Under the pieces are notes generated by a model. The model was not told the origin of the DNA, ran no database searches, and saw nothing but the letters and a program-made list of their open reading frames with translations. DNA of 62,427 nucleotides, filler included, from Sluysia triapertura (Eukaryota), in NCBI GenBank assembly GCA_046118255.1. It is 5 parts of 5 records of this genome, joined end to end, with 100 filler letters (N's around TTAATTAATTAA, not from the genome) between each part and the next. Parts side by side here need not be neighbours in the genome. Positions count along the whole stretch, not along the records: positions 25,324 to 39,780 come from JBJNIA010258515.1; positions 39,881 to 51,226 come from JBJNIA010185724.1; positions 51,327 to 62,427 come from JBJNIA010188865.1; 2 more parts are not named here. One strand, 5' to 3'. The position numbers and the translations under genes were made by a program. Shown here piece by piece: positions 37,132-51,530 of the stretch; the first letter of the stretch is position 1, and the number at the start of each line of letters is the position of its first letter.

Positions 37132-38784
37132 ATCAAAATAAAAATGAATTCAAGTATATTTTACTATTCCCTTACTAAGGTGAATAGGTAAACCCTAACA
37201 ATAAAAATTTACTTGGAAAGCATGGAATATTCATCTTCTGAAATTTTTTCCGAAAGAAGTTTAAAAGAATTTGGTCTAAAAATTTGTTTGTTATGTTAAA
37301 AAACTTACCTATTTATATAAAATTGATTTACTCCATATTGGAAGATGTCTTTTATTTATTAAATTGATTCATTTAAAGAAAAATAAAGAAATAATTTAAT
37401 TTTGATTTATTTAAAATAAATATTAAATATTAAAATATTAAAACTCGCATTTTAAAATTTTAATAAAGTAATTTTTTGAAGTATTTGAAATTTTAAGATT
37501 TATATTTTTAAAAATTAAATTTTATTTAAAATTAAAATTTATTTAACTTAAAATTTATTATAATAAAAATATTTATTTAAACACATAAAAAGAAACATAC
37601 AAATTATAAAATACAAAATATACAAAATACACTCTGACAAAGTAATAATAATAATAATGATAATAATAATAATAATGTAAATACATTTTAAATAGAATAA
37701 CGATAATAATAAATTTTTGGGGTACAGGCCTAATGTTGGGATTAGTGAAGGATAAGGATTGATATAAGGTTCAAAACTTAGGATAACAGAATAAGGTGAA
37801 CGTTACTAAATAACTAAGATAAGATATTATGATGAACTGTAATTGCGAAGCACGTCAACGTAGATAACGTAAAAATTAGTTATTTTAATTAAATTTTATA
37901 ATTTAAAATTAAAGTTAAATATGTTCCGATGTTTAAGTATTAATAAAGTATATATCAAATTGATGTTTATAAATATACTAATTCAAATATGTCATTGAAC
38001 TTGACATGCAAGATATTATACAAAGTATTCCTGTGAGAAATAAATTTATTATTTCATTAATTCCATCACTAAATCAAGATAACTAATTCATTCGAAATTC
38101 AATCACTAAAATTAGTCGGCTTATTATTAAAAGAGAATAAACAGCTTTAATTTCCGTCTTGTTCATTTTCTAATTTTTAATTTCCCAAATCATCATTTTT
38201 GCAAAAAATTAGAAGTGAAAACGACAGAGACAAATAACAAAAGTTTCTAAGTCTAGGAACGCTGCTTCAGTTCATCGGTTATTTAGCAATTGGTTAAAAT
38301 AAACCACTTTTATAAAATAGAAATAATAATGGTTAGTAACGTATTTTTCATTGATTGTATTCTGTATTAACATGGCCTATAAATTTATCCTAGATAAGTT
38401 GTGTCACCCATGATTGTGATCTTTAAAGAATAATTTGTATTGTTATTATTATAAAGAATATATCGACATTTTGAATTTATTTAGTTATTGTTTCAACTGA
38501 TAATTTAAAAAATAAAAAATGTAACAGACTACTGCTACTACTACATAATAATAATAATAATACGAAATGCTTATTACATCTATTCAACTTTTCAAATTAA
38601 TTATGTTGCAGATAAAATAACTTACTGTATTTTATCGAAGGCTATGTCTAGTAGCTCAAAGTAAGGCTTTATTAGGCTTATGATACATCTAATACATCTA
38701 TTTTGTAATAATAATTTAATAATAATTAATAATTAATAATAGTGATAGACATAAGTTTTCATCAGTATTTTTTAATTTGTGTAA

Positions 38785-38910
38785 TGTTACACTTCATAAA
38801 ATGGACTGACTGGGATCAACCCGGAACCTCTCGCTGAGCCCCGACCAACAATTTTAGATTTATTATAATCAATATTACCATCATGGCACTTTAGGCCTGT
38901 TGCCCCAACA
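38785..38910 (-). mobile_element. tRNA-containing mini-element, internally deleted
   Basis: TGTTACAC...CCCCAACA; flanks GTAA/ATAA (3 of 4 match). Confidence 0.82.
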
Positions 38911-39780
38911 ATAATGATAATGATAATAATAATGATAATGATAATAATAATAATAGTTATGATAATAATAAACTAACCTTGATATCTGATATTAAAACAT
39001 GTGTTTCAGTGAAATTTGATCCAGAAATAAATGTTTTATAATATTTTTTACTGCTATTTTTATAGATAATCCAATTTGCATCTGTGCATATTAAAAATAT
39101 AAAATAACAATAATAATAAATTTATTAATAAATTAAATTTAAAATTTATCAAATCAAGGCAAACATCAAATAATATATCGAACATTAAGTTAGGTTTTAA
39201 TTGTTCTAATTCAAATTTATTCGTGCAAGTGTGATTTTGAAATTATCTTTCAAATTTGCAGATCATTTAAATCAGATTATTAATTTTTAAACTCATTCAA
39301 ATGAATCTTTTGTGTCGCAGAAATATATGATGATGATAGATTTAAATTTAAATTTACAGTAATGCGAATATGATTGTTAAAATGAACTTCTAAACTTCTC
39401 TGCTTTGTAGCTAGAAAATATTAATGTATGTTTTTTATCAAACGCAGTGGTGTGCTGAGGTAGTATCCCCGGAGGGGCAATGCTTCAACCTGGCGCCACA
39501 AATACCATCATCAATGGTCTAAAAGCACTATACATTGACTGAAAATGTCTAAATAAGAAGAATTTATTATATTTATTATACTATATATTTGTCATATACT
39601 ATTTATAAAAGTATGTATTTCAGTCAGTGTACTATTTATATATATTATATTATTATATAAATCAATAATCTAAAAATGACATCAACTTAACCCTTGCACT
39701 ACAAATTGGACGATGGGTCCCACAGAAACTATGTTCTACATCAGTGGGTTAAAAGTAGCTTTAAACAGCCTAACAGATCG

Positions 39781-39880
39781 NNNNNNNNNNNNNNNNNNNN
39801 NNNNNNNNNNNNNNNNNNNNNNNNTTAATTAATTAANNNNNNNNNNNNNNNNNNNNNNNNNNNNNNNNNNNNNNNNNNNN
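39781..39880. other. Artificial 100-bp contig spacer
   Basis: 44 N + TTAATTAATTAA + 44 N. Confidence 0.97.
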
Positions 39881-39918
39881 CTAATTTTAATACTTTGAAA
39901 TATTTTAATATTATATTT

Positions 39919-40002
39919 CACTGAACTATCAGCCTCGTCTAACAATTTTTAGATTACTATAGTCCATTATACCACATGGCACCTTAAGCCTGCATCCCAA
40001 CA
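39919..40002 (-). mobile_element. tRNA-containing mini-element, 5' half only
   Basis: gtctaacaatttttagattactatagtc...tggcaccttaagcctgcatcccaaca matches the other copies. Confidence 0.8.
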
Positions 40003-43000
40003 AGATCCCAACAAGTTCGTAGAATAATGACGACTCGTTCTAGTAAAATTTTTTGTTTTGTGTGTCTAATATTGTCATTCGTAAATTCACATAAAATATT
40101 TATAACATTTAGAATTTTTTATAACATAAAATAAATATAAAATTTTATTGTATTCTGAATAAAAAATTTTATTATTTTCTTTTATAAAATTAAGTTATTA
40201 AAAAATTTTATTATTTTACAATTATTTTCAATTAATTAAAAGTGTTATATTTTCACAGTTATTATTTAATTTTAATTAATTTTTAAAAAAAGAAATCCTA
40301 ATATAATTACTTTGTTTTAATTAATATAATTAATATAATTAATGTAATATAATTATATTACATTTACAATTTAAAAGTCTTTTTAAAAAGATGACAATTT
40401 CTTCCCAGAATTTTCTTAATAGCTTTCAATAAAACTGTACAATCAAAAAGGACGCTACAAATTCGAACTATTTCTACATATTTGGAATTTTAAAATTATC
40501 GTCAAATTTATCAACATTTATATTACTGGAAATATGCATAATGCTTTAATGTTAATGAAATAATTAATAAAATAAAATAAATTGTGACAAAAATTTAAAA
40601 AAAGCAAAACATTTTTTTATAATAGAATTAAAAATTTATTTTAATTTTAAAACAATTATAATTTTTAACAATATTTTTGCATTTCATTTAAATAATTGTT
40701 TTAATGAAACAATATATTATCACAGTTCTTTTTTATTTAGAAACTATTTTTAGATTTTAATAATGTCTTTAATTAAATACTTAAATTAACAAATAACCTT
40801 GAAATTGTAATTTTGAATTAATTTAATAATTAATAGCTCTGTTCAATAAAGCTTGATCCAATCTATATATAATTTAATGCCCATAACTTCAATTTCTACC
40901 AAATATATCTATATTTAACTCATCGAGAATCGAATTAATTTTGGAAGTAAATTTGTAATAAACACTTTTATAAACAATTTTTATAATTTCGATCTTTAAA
41001 TAGATAAAAATTCACGAATTTTTTTTATGAATCCTACAGGGATATCTGGCGTGCTGTTAGTGGCACAAGTAAGACTTATTCAATGGAGAAAAACTGACAT
41101 TAAAGGCTCAAAAAATTTGAATACTACCATTGAAGTTGATCAGTCGCGATTTATTGCACCCAAGCAAAGGCTTCTGTAGCACTAATACCGAAAAAATAAC
41201 TAAAATACTTAATTCGATTAGTAGCAACATTGTTACATACTGTGCATTTTTCACAGTGATGCTTTCAGTTAGGTGAAAGTTCAAACTTCAACGATGTATT
41301 GTTACTACCCGAAACAATCGAAATATTAATTCTAATTATAACGGAGCCAATTTAAATTACTTATACTCAGATCATGTTGATATTTTAGAGGTGCCTGGAC
41401 AACATTTAAACGTCAAGGAAGTCCATGTTTCTGGTACCAGACTGTGGCACGCACTTTTCAGTTATATGCTTTATCCTTAATATTGTTTTCTGACGTTGTG
41501 GTGGTCAATTTAATCCATCACTACAAAAAATCACTTTTATTTCTTCAAAAAGTATTAAAACATTTCAAGATCACAATTGTTCAACATTAGAATCATTAAT
41601 TACATTAAAATCATTAAATTTACATTTCAAAATATTAAATCGAAATGGAATTTCTTTTTAACACTTAACTACGTTATCTTTTTTTAGTTATCACTACATA
41701 AATTCCTTTTGTCTAAGAATAAATTCCTTTATTCTAAGAAAAGATAATAATAATTAAAAGAATATTTAGAAAGAATCAATGTTTTATAGAAGTAATTATA
41801 ATAAGATTTTGTTTTAATAGAATTTCATTTGCTTTTATTTTTATATTTAAAGAATAAATAATATGTATTAAAGGATTTGTGCATTTTGTTTATTGTTTAT
41901 TTTATGTTTTTATTATTTATTATTATTACTTTCATTCTATTTTAACTTTTATTATTAATTTTATTATTTTTATTATTAGCACTATTATTATCATTATTAA
42001 TTATTATTATTAATTAATTAATATTCACAACATTTTTATTACAAATTTTCATTATTCATTGTCATTATCACATTTCATTATCATCACCAGTAATTGAATC
42101 ATAGTGACTGTCACTTTGGAATCATAGTGACTGTCACTTTGGACAGCATTTTAATTATTTAAAATTAAATGATATTATATTAAATTAAATAGAAATTCTA
42201 TTGGATACTCACAAAAGTAATTGGAAAGGATGGTTTAAAAGCACATCTACATATACAGTTTGCATCGACACTGCTACTACTACTATACATTATTTCTGAT
42301 GGGCCATCCAATCATTGTTAATTGGTGGATAAGTGTACTTTTCATAAATTTCCATATCAAAAAATTTCAATCCACAATCTCATAACATTCAAACCACAAT
42401 GACATTCAAAACTATCAATTTACATTAAAAAATTCATCTAAAATATTTTACTCTACATTTCATAATAATTCAATTTCAACCACATCCGAAATTAACCACT
42501 AGACATCTTCAAGTCAATTCGAACATTCCAAATTCATGATTCTTTTATCATTTAATCCCTAACATCACAGAAAGACAATATTACTTAAAAAATAGCAAGA
42601 AAATAAATCACATTTTCAACGTACCAAATCATAGGCTATAATTTATCTTCTTTATATTCATTAAACGACACTCTTTTCAAGGCAATTTTAAATTAAAACC
42701 TTTTAACATACATCTTAAACAATTAAAATATGTTAAGAAATATTAAAGAGAACAAGGAAAGATTATGTTTTAAGTAATCTAAAGACTTTATATACTTATA
42801 ACAATAATAATAACGATAACATTGTTGTTATTGTTATTATTATTATTATCATTTTTAATTTTCATTATTTTTAACTTTTAATATGTTCAGAAATAAAAGA
42901 AAGATCATGTTAATTTTCATAAAGAATTTATGCATTAATAATAATAATAACATTGCTGATATTATTGTTATTATCATTTTATTTCCATCATTTTAATTTT

Positions 43001-43177
43001 AAATTTTTATTTTATTTCCAAGTCAATAATTACCACTATCTATGTTGACATTGTTGGTCACTACATACAAAGTATCATCAACATTGATAGTGGCTCGTCT
43101 GTCAAGAACATTTTATTCACTGTAATTTTGTGTATGTACGTTTGACTTTACAACACAAACATAACTTGTATTATTAC

Positions 43178-43235
43178 TGGTTGTCCAACCAGAGTGGATC
43201 CCTTCATTATTTTTATATCTCTGGTTGGACAGCCA
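43178..43235. repeat. 58-bp inverted repeat
   Basis: tggttgtccaaccagag ... ctctggttggacagcca, 16/17 complementary, 24-nt loop. Confidence 0.85.
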
Positions 43236-43469
43236 ATCAAGTCAAGTGCAGAGCAGTGATTGCCATTAATTTTGCACAAAATTATAATTATTAAATAATT
43301 TGATAATTAAAAATACAATCGTGAAAGTTTTAACAATTTTATTAAACAATTTCGTTGGCTCTTAAAGATTGAATAAAAGAAAGGCAATAACAGTTACTAA
43401 AAAATAAGAATTATTAAATAAAATTTTTACAATTTTATTTCATCGTAGATAATTCAAAAGTTAATTTAA

Positions 43470-44415
43470 ATGATTGAAAAAGAGTTAATTATAGAATACT
43501 TGAAAAGATCTATACAAACCATATTAACGTATAAAGAAGGTAGAAACCTTCAAGAAATTTCAGATTTTATTTATTCATTTAATTTCTGCTCTGTCATAGA
43601 AGCAATATTTCTTCATCAGCAACTTAGTTACACATCTCCTATTTTTCGAAAACTTAAAAGAGAAAGTTTCAAAAATTTTTTGGGAATACGTGTATGATGA
43701 TAATGATCCTTATACATGTATTGGTTACAGTAGAATTTGGATTCGACATGCTTTCAATGAATCAACATTAAATCGCTATATTGAATCATTAGAACTTGAC
43801 ACGAAATTTTCGAATTATTTTTATTTAAATACATGGGTTAATTCTGATGCACTAAAATTATCTGGCTTAGATATGATACCAAATAATTTAATTGATCTCA
43901 ATGTAGACATGAGTAAAACCTATGTTAGTTCGTTCGAAGACTTTAGTGATAATGATGAATCACTTAATTCGAAATCTATTGTAATTAGTAATGATAATTA
44001 CATTTTATCTCAAAATATACAAATATTATTTCCCATTTCAGTTAATACTATGATCAGTGTTAATGATTACACCTTAGACAACAATTCTCTACACTGTGCT
44101 GATGATTACCAAACAATTCCAAAGAAATATTACACATTAGAAAGTAAAGCAAATGATGAGAATTGTGTTAACAGTTTACACTATAATGTTTTTCAAGATA
44201 ATGTACAGTCAAAAAGTAATTTTCCCACGCGTTTTAACAATTGTCATAAGTCGATTAAATGTCTGTCTCACATTAAAGATAATACAGAAATTAAAAAGTC
44301 TACAAATACTTTAATTACACCAATTTCAAGAGAACTTGTCGGTTTGGTGCTGTGCCCATACGGCAGCGACTTCGATTGTATCTCCACAAGATTTACAAAC
44401 AATTATCCGTACTAA
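43470..44415 (+). pseudogene. RUN-domain protein (PLEKHM1/SNX29-like N-terminus), frameshifted
   Basis: FCSVIEAIFLH; after a frameshift in the T-run near 43676-43681, FWEYV and IGYSRIWIRHAFNESTLNRYIESL (cf. G..RAW.RLALN...L..Y). The domain appears internally shortened. The homopolymer indel could be an assembly error. Confidence 0.7.
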
Positions 44416-44984
44416 TTGTCCATACTATTGGTCAAATGATAAATACAAATCTCGATTATTCTCATTCAGATCACCTACTCAGAGTGAACAGTCTACAACA
44501 ATCGATTGGTATTCAAACTCCAGCGAACAGCAACGATTTTAGTTACAACAATAACGTGAATTTTATTTATTTTTATTCTGATAATGATTTTACTGTTACT
44601 TTATGTTTAGATAGAGAAGCATGGCTTATCCATAACCCAGAAGACACTATAAATACCTTTCGTAACAATATGTCTACATTTTATGCATTTTATCGTAGTA
44701 AAACTCCTAAATTTTGTATAATTAATAAAATCTTGTATGTTCGTTTATTCTTTTTGTCTTGTTTCAAAATTTCAAATGTAAAGATGCTCTTAATTTATGC
44801 AAAAATAAAACCAAGAATAAAGATTTTAAACAATACAATAAAGATATAATAAATCCAAAATATTATCTAATTTAAATCATTTGAATAATATAAATCATTT
44901 TATATCCAAAAAACAATAAACCGATTGAATTTGATATAATAATAATAATAATATCTACCGTAAAATAAATACGTAAATAAATCA

Positions 44985-45265
44985 TTCATTATAGTATTTC
45001 TGAAATAGAAATAATTTTGCCTTCTTTTAAAATATTTCATAATTTTTCAGTAATTTAACATTCTCTGATGGCTGGTTGCATATTTTTGAAATACAAATGC
45101 TATGTAGCACATTTTATTATCACTGTATATTATATATAAATATCTTAAAGACATTTTCATTTTGGTTTTCGAAATTCTTATTATTTCAAAAACAATATTC
45201 AGGACTTACATAATGTAAATTCTTTTACATTATTGTCTTGATTTTGAATTCTACCTTTGCTTTAG
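44985..45265 (-). mobile_element. L2-clade LINE 3' fragment
   Basis: aatattcaggactt..cataatgtaa and attttgaattcta match 54470-54530; atagtatttctgaa is the reverse complement of the ~4060 and ~21850 copies. Confidence 0.7.
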
Positions 45266-45364
45266 AAATAAAAAGATAAAAAAATTAAAAATAAGTAATA
45301 AATAACAAAAATTTTATTGTAATAATAATGAAAATAATAATTGTTTAGTGTAAAAATTATTGGA

Positions 45365-45369
<5 letters not shown>

Positions 45370-45418
<49 letters not shown>
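45370..45418. repeat. (AAT)n microsatellite
   Basis: About 16 perfect units. Confidence 0.95.
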
Positions 45419-45419
<1 letters not shown>

Positions 45420-48400
45420 TTAAGTTATAGTCATTATAAATAGATACAAATTAGGCTAAAAGTATTTTGGTAAAATTGATTCAATATATAAATATAAATA
45501 TATATAAAATATAAATATAAAAGAAAATATCCATATGTTTAATATGTATCATTTTCATATTATTTTGATAAATTTATGTAATATTATTCAAACTATAAAT
45601 AATGAATTTTATTTATGTATTATGAAGAAAGTGATATTTTTCATAAATTGTCATGATTAAACAAATTAGAACTAAAGTTTAAAGTCATTGGCAAACCATT
45701 TATGTAAAATACTGTAGAATACTTAATATATATAAATTCCAAATTGAATTATATTATATCAAAATTATATTATAATTAAATTACATTCTCAAATGAGCAA
45801 AATAATATCCGTTTTCTCCAAAAATATTGACTTACGTTTTTATTAAATAAATTTTTCAGTTGATAGTGCATAGAATGATTAAATATTTATTATACTATTG
45901 AGACAGTGAATAAGCTAAACAAGTTGGAACATGTGGTAAGTTTGAATAAAAATACTGCGAAATTTCAAATCGAAAATAAAGTCAAATAATAAAAATAAGG
46001 AATAATAATAATAATCTTTATTATAAAACTATTTAAAACGTAAACATTGTTTAATTTATAAAATCAACTAACAATATCAACACAGATCAAATCATTCAAA
46101 TATAATTTATAATTTGTTTACATTTTTGTTTATTAATGTTTTTAGAATGTAAGTTTGTTTAGATAAGAAATTTTCTGTTTAATGTTTAATTGAGAAAAAT
46201 ATAGCTTGAAGTAGATATGAAAAATAAAATATCACTTTATGTAAATTGTTCTAGCGTAGATAAACTGAGAAGATAATTCAGTGAGAAGTGTTTAAATCTA
46301 TTTTATTTTATTGATTTAATTGCAGTGAATATAATTTGATAATTTGGTGTTTCTAAATTTAGCTGAAATAGAAAATATTGTGTAATAAAAAGATGCTTTT
46401 TTTCAATCATTTTCAAATTGTAAACATTCAAAATGTTACGGTAACTGAAAGGTTAAGTTTTCAGTTAAAATGCATTAGAAACAAAATAAGATATTAGAAA
46501 TAATTGAAGTTATGTTTGAGAAAATAAGGATAATACTATTCTGTATGTATCAACACATGTTGTAATAAATCAAAATATTATTTACAATAAACATAAGAAA
46601 TGTTTATAAATATTATATTTATAAAGCAAAATTCATATAATGAGGTGATTGGACAGTGTATTTCAAGCATATTTTAGGTAACTAAATCAAAATGTTTGAA
46701 TAAGAAAGTGATGGGTGTGAACATTTTGGATTTCGGAAAAGTTTAGCAAAATTTTAGCACTTAAATATACAAAAGCAGTCACATAATAATAATATTAATA
46801 ATAATAATAAAGAGTAATAATAATAAATATAAATATAATTAAATTTTATCTGATTTAATTAAACATATGGGATTTAAATTAGGCTAACTCAGCGATCTCA
46901 AAATTCCATTTTAACTATATTTCAATTATGTTTTAATGGGATATTTTATTTATATTCATATATTAAATGCGAAAAATCTTAGAAAATTAAATTATATTGA
47001 AAATAAAATACGAAATACATTGTCAATTAAAAATTTTTTGCAAATTAAATATTTTCTCTTTTAATCAATTAATAAATAAAATGGCAATATCAGAAAACAT
47101 GCATTTTAATATTAATAATTATTAATTTGAACTTATCGGATAAGTATTGCAGATGATTTGTAATTTATATAATATAATATGTTCCTTTCTAGTCCAAACA
47201 ATGTTTTTCTTTTATCTGTTTTCTTAGGTATTTTAACTCGGTAATTTAATAATTTCTTTTAAAAAATATTTAGTACTCTGAAAAATTAGATTATATAAAA
47301 ATATTTGGTTAAAACTTATTCGGATTATGTTGTTGAATCAAAAGGATTTATAGATGAAACCAGCTGTCAGATACAGTTCTAAAATTGAATTATTAATTAA
47401 AATTAAAATTAAATTAATAATGTAAATTTTATTTAATAATGAATATTAAATTAATAATAAGAATTAATTTAATTATAAAAATTAATTAATTTAGAAATTA
47501 AATCAATAAAAATATAATTTATGGTACTTATGAAATCGATAATAGAAAATTAATAATTAATATGAATAATAAAAAATAATTAGAGAAATGAAACAAATAA
47601 TAATTTTTGTGGAATTAATAATAAAATTTATAATAATAGTTAATAATGGAAATAATAATTTTAATAATTTTAATAAATGTGATAAACGGATAATTCCCAT
47701 GACAAGAAAGATGCCAATAAGACATTATTGTTTCTATACGATATTTTCAGATAACACATGAAAAAGCTATGAAAACCATAAGATAAATTTTAATTAAAAT
47801 AGGTTTTGTAAAATAACTTTGGACTTTAGAAAATGATATGCACTTTAGTCATGCGACTTACATTAACGAAAGAATTTATTATTTTAATTAATTTTAACAA
47901 TCGAATAAACTAGAGACATACATAAAATGAAGAAGCGATTCTAAATCTTATATTTATTTAATCAAAAACCGTAGAGGTGATATATTACTTATTGAATATG
48001 ATTTCCGAATGTTAGAAATCATTAAAGTTAGATAAAATCATACACGAGGAAATATAATCAAAAAATGTTATTTTGAAATGAGATATGTTAATTGATATAT
48101 GTGGTGGCCCAGTCTAGACCTGCCTATATATCACATCAATCATAACATTCATCGACACAAACCTCATTACAAAAGATTACATTATAATAAGTCTCATCTA
48201 CATCATTTACAACATTACAATACTCATCCTTATAAAACCGCAGATGCCTAATAAAATCCTTTTTACTAACACCTTTTCATCACAATAAAACACCGCGCAT
48301 TGTCACTTTGCTATCATTATGATACAATATCTTTTTATCTGTATATTATAACATTTTTATTTTATATTTCACTATATTTTATAATTTTCTAATAATTTCC

Positions 48401-49151
48401 TTTCGCAAAAAAATAATGTAGCAAATATTAAAGAAAAGTACAAACTATTAGAAACAGAAAAGATAAGATATCAACAAGGATTAAACTCATCTTAAGAATG
48501 ATTACGATAAAGATGTTGCACTTAATGAAGCTCACCCGTTAAAGAAAAAAGGGGAACAGAATCTCTATCGCTTAGTAAAAAGTATGAAGAAGAAATACAG
48601 TCGTTAAAAGAAGAGAAAAAAGGATTATACGAAAGATTTCAACATTTAGTGAATTTTGTAAATAAAGATAACCAAAAGGATTCAAAGAATATATCAAAGC
48701 AAGGTACTACAAATAAAGAAAAGGAAAATATTAAAGAAAAAGACAAGGATATTTCTTCTAAAAACGGAAATAAATCAGAAGAGAAACAGTCACTGAAAAT
48801 TAAATTACATTAAAAATATGTGATATATGTTTTATTTTTTTATATTTCGTATATTTATGTCATGTAATTCAATAAATGTGTAAATTAATAAAACGGAATA
48901 TAAACTTGAATTAAATATTTATATATAATGCTTTTTTCGTAATTAAACTCTTATATGAAGTTTTATTCAGATTTTTATATTTATATTAAATTTTAATTAA
49001 ATATTCTATTGTCAAGTTGTAATTTTTAGATTATGTTTATGCAAAAAATTGTTTTAATTATGTAAAATTTTAAAAATTTTAAAAAGATAACAAAGAATTG
49101 TACTATATTGGTCTAAATAACAATATCGGTCTAAATCACTAGTAATAAAAC

Positions 49152-50638
49152 ATGATATTAAGCTTCGAAAGAAATTTTCCTTTTTTGTTTATTAAATCAA
49201 TTATAAATGATGCAAAAATTGATGGAACAGGTGAAAGATTCTTAGTGATATGCAAGTTTATTAAAGAACCCTTAGTAATTAGTCTAATGTTAATTAGAAA
49301 GACAAGAACCCATATATGCGGAATTACTAAGCAATCCCTAACAATCGTGTTTAGTGTTTACCTAAAAGGCGGGAAGTCATACATGTGGAGTTACCTTTAA
49401 AGCTATTTTCAGAAGCATAATTCTGATCATTCGAAAGACGAACCATTGTACCTGTAATATATTTTTCATAATGACTTTCGATTTTGCATATATATGTAGA
49501 TTGTTTTCAATTTAAAGATTTTTATATTTCTAAGTCTCCTTCTGGTGATTATCACCATTTAAATGAATTCTTAAGTTTGATTTGTGTTGTAAAAAGAAAC
49601 GTTGCACTTAAAGTATTTTATTAACATTGATAAAGTAACTCACCTATGTGAATCAGAAGATTTTATTCCATACGATAAGGAAGATGTAAGTATTGGTTTA
49701 AAGAAGCTACATAATTTGATCTTGAAATTTACGTATCAAATAAAAAGTTTACAGTGGAAACAAAATGCGATTTCGTATTATTCTATGTTCAGTTTGAAAT
49801 CGAATTGCTATAATAACTTTTTGAGATAATTGTTTATAGTGTAAATTTGAAATTTATATTGCATCACATACCAAGTAATAATGTTCCTATTCTAAAGAGA
49901 GTTTCAGACTACATGGTTTATGGGGTTTATTTAAGTATTGTAATTAATTTGTTAAAGAGTAACCAAGTGAAACAGGAACATTATTTGCTCGGTATCGATG
50001 GTGAGTTAGTAGACTTACGAGTTCACAGTGTTATTTTTTATTCAATTTTTAATTTGAATTTTAGTCTAATTTTGAAATTAACATTTGATTTAAATTCTGA
50101 GATGTTTGTTTTGCTTGTTGATTTTGAGTACACGATCCATCGTTGTTACAATAAGCTTAGTCGGTCATCGAACTAAACTTCTTGAATAATCCTTTTATTC
50201 TCATGTTTCATCATATAGATGTATTTTTCTTTCACGAGTTTAACATTTTAAATGATTTTAAAGTTAAAAGTTTGGACAAAATTAATACCTACAACGCAAA
50301 CGTCCATATTCGTAGAGGCCGGTATAAATTTTAAATAATTTTAAAATCAATTACAGTTACATTATTGTTTGCCTTCTGTATGATTTTTTATCATGTCTAA
50401 GCCTTATAGTATAACTTATATTGTTCAAAAATTTGGGAAGAATGTATGCTGTGGACTGATATTCGATAAACCCATGATTTATAACGAATGTAAGTCTTAT
50501 ATCATTATGGTTGTTAATTTTTATAATGTGTCAACAATTTTTGTGAATTCCATCTTATTTGTGTATAATAAAAATTTTTCATGTTACTTTTATTCCAAGG
50601 CTTTCTTTCATAAAGTCATAACTGTAGACTTTACATAA
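49152..50638 (+). other. Cluster of same-strand short ORFs, unassigned (decayed gene or gene with short introns)
   Basis: Four ORFs of 75-109 aa on one strand in a locally GC-richer block; no motif recognised. Confidence 0.25.
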
Positions 50639-51226
50639 ATAAAACTCTCAGTAATAATATGAGTAACAAAAGTGATAGCAATAATTTTAATTTCTTAAGT
50701 AATAAAACTAATTATCTAATACAGTCAATCAATCAGAATGAGTTCTACTCATTCACATTTTAATTTTGAAAAATTTAAGTAATAAATACTTTTAAAATAA
50801 AATATAACATTTTTTAATCTAAATTAGTATAAATATTAAAATCGATTTTTACAAATATGGCTCAGTTATATTTAGACTATTTAATCTTTAAATGTTTTAA
50901 TATATTTTAATTTAAATATATCATTATTTTCATTTTATTGTCTTAATTAAAATAATAAGATACAAGCTTATTGCGATTTATGACTAGGCATCGGTAATAA
51001 ACTTAGCCAAAACTAATTAAATTATAATATTTTTATATGCAGAAATATTAATATGAATAACAAGTGAATATTACACAATTTAGTACAGATTTAAATAACT
51101 GATTAAAATATAAAGAAAAAAAGAGTTAAAGAAAATACTTAGTTAAAATAAAAGTAAAAAAAAATCTTTTCTAAATTAAGTTGTTTGAATAAGTTGTAAA
51201 TATTTTCTTATTGTCCATTACAAGAA

Positions 51227-51326
51227 NNNNNNNNNNNNNNNNNNNNNNNNNNNNNNNNNNNNNNNNNNNNTTAATTAATTAANNNNNNNNNNNNNNNNNN
51301 NNNNNNNNNNNNNNNNNNNNNNNNNN
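51227..51326. other. Artificial 100-bp contig spacer
   Basis: 44 N + TTAATTAATTAA + 44 N. Confidence 0.97.
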
Positions 51327-51530
51327 TAATTTTTTCACTTTTCTATCTGAAATTGAGTACAACAAACCATTGTTAAAATCTATGTTGCTAGTTATCAATG
51401 AATAAACAATAAGTTTAGCTGTTTCTTTATTAATAAATTTTCGAATACGTAATATTTTATTTAATTGATATGTACACTTTTTAACAATACAATTAATATT
51501 TTCTTCCATGTTCATTTTTGAATCTATATT
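51327..51530 (-). mobile_element. L2-clade LINE ORF2 fragment (post-RT region)
   Basis: INCIVKKCTYQLNKILRIRKFINKETAKLIVYSLITSNIDFNNGLL fits L2 HI......L..I..IR..L....AK.LV..L..S.LDY.N.LL. Confidence 0.85.

Noticed and set aside
39687-39752. Micro piggyBac (TTAA-CCC...GGG-TTAA)
   Set aside because: Only 3 bp of the ends are clearly complementary; too weak to call.
41030-41460. Merlin/ISXO2-like transposase patches (IEVDQSRF; PGT..IS)
   Set aside because: The two patches are on opposite strands and too short.
42096-42142. 23-bp tandem duplication with internal palindrome AGTGACTGTCACT
   Set aside because: Single occurrence; consistent with ordinary slippage or repair duplication.
29889-44415. 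Lysosomal gene cluster (RagC/D + PLEKHM1-like)
   Set aside because: The two copies are on different contigs separated by an artificial spacer, and both are disrupted.
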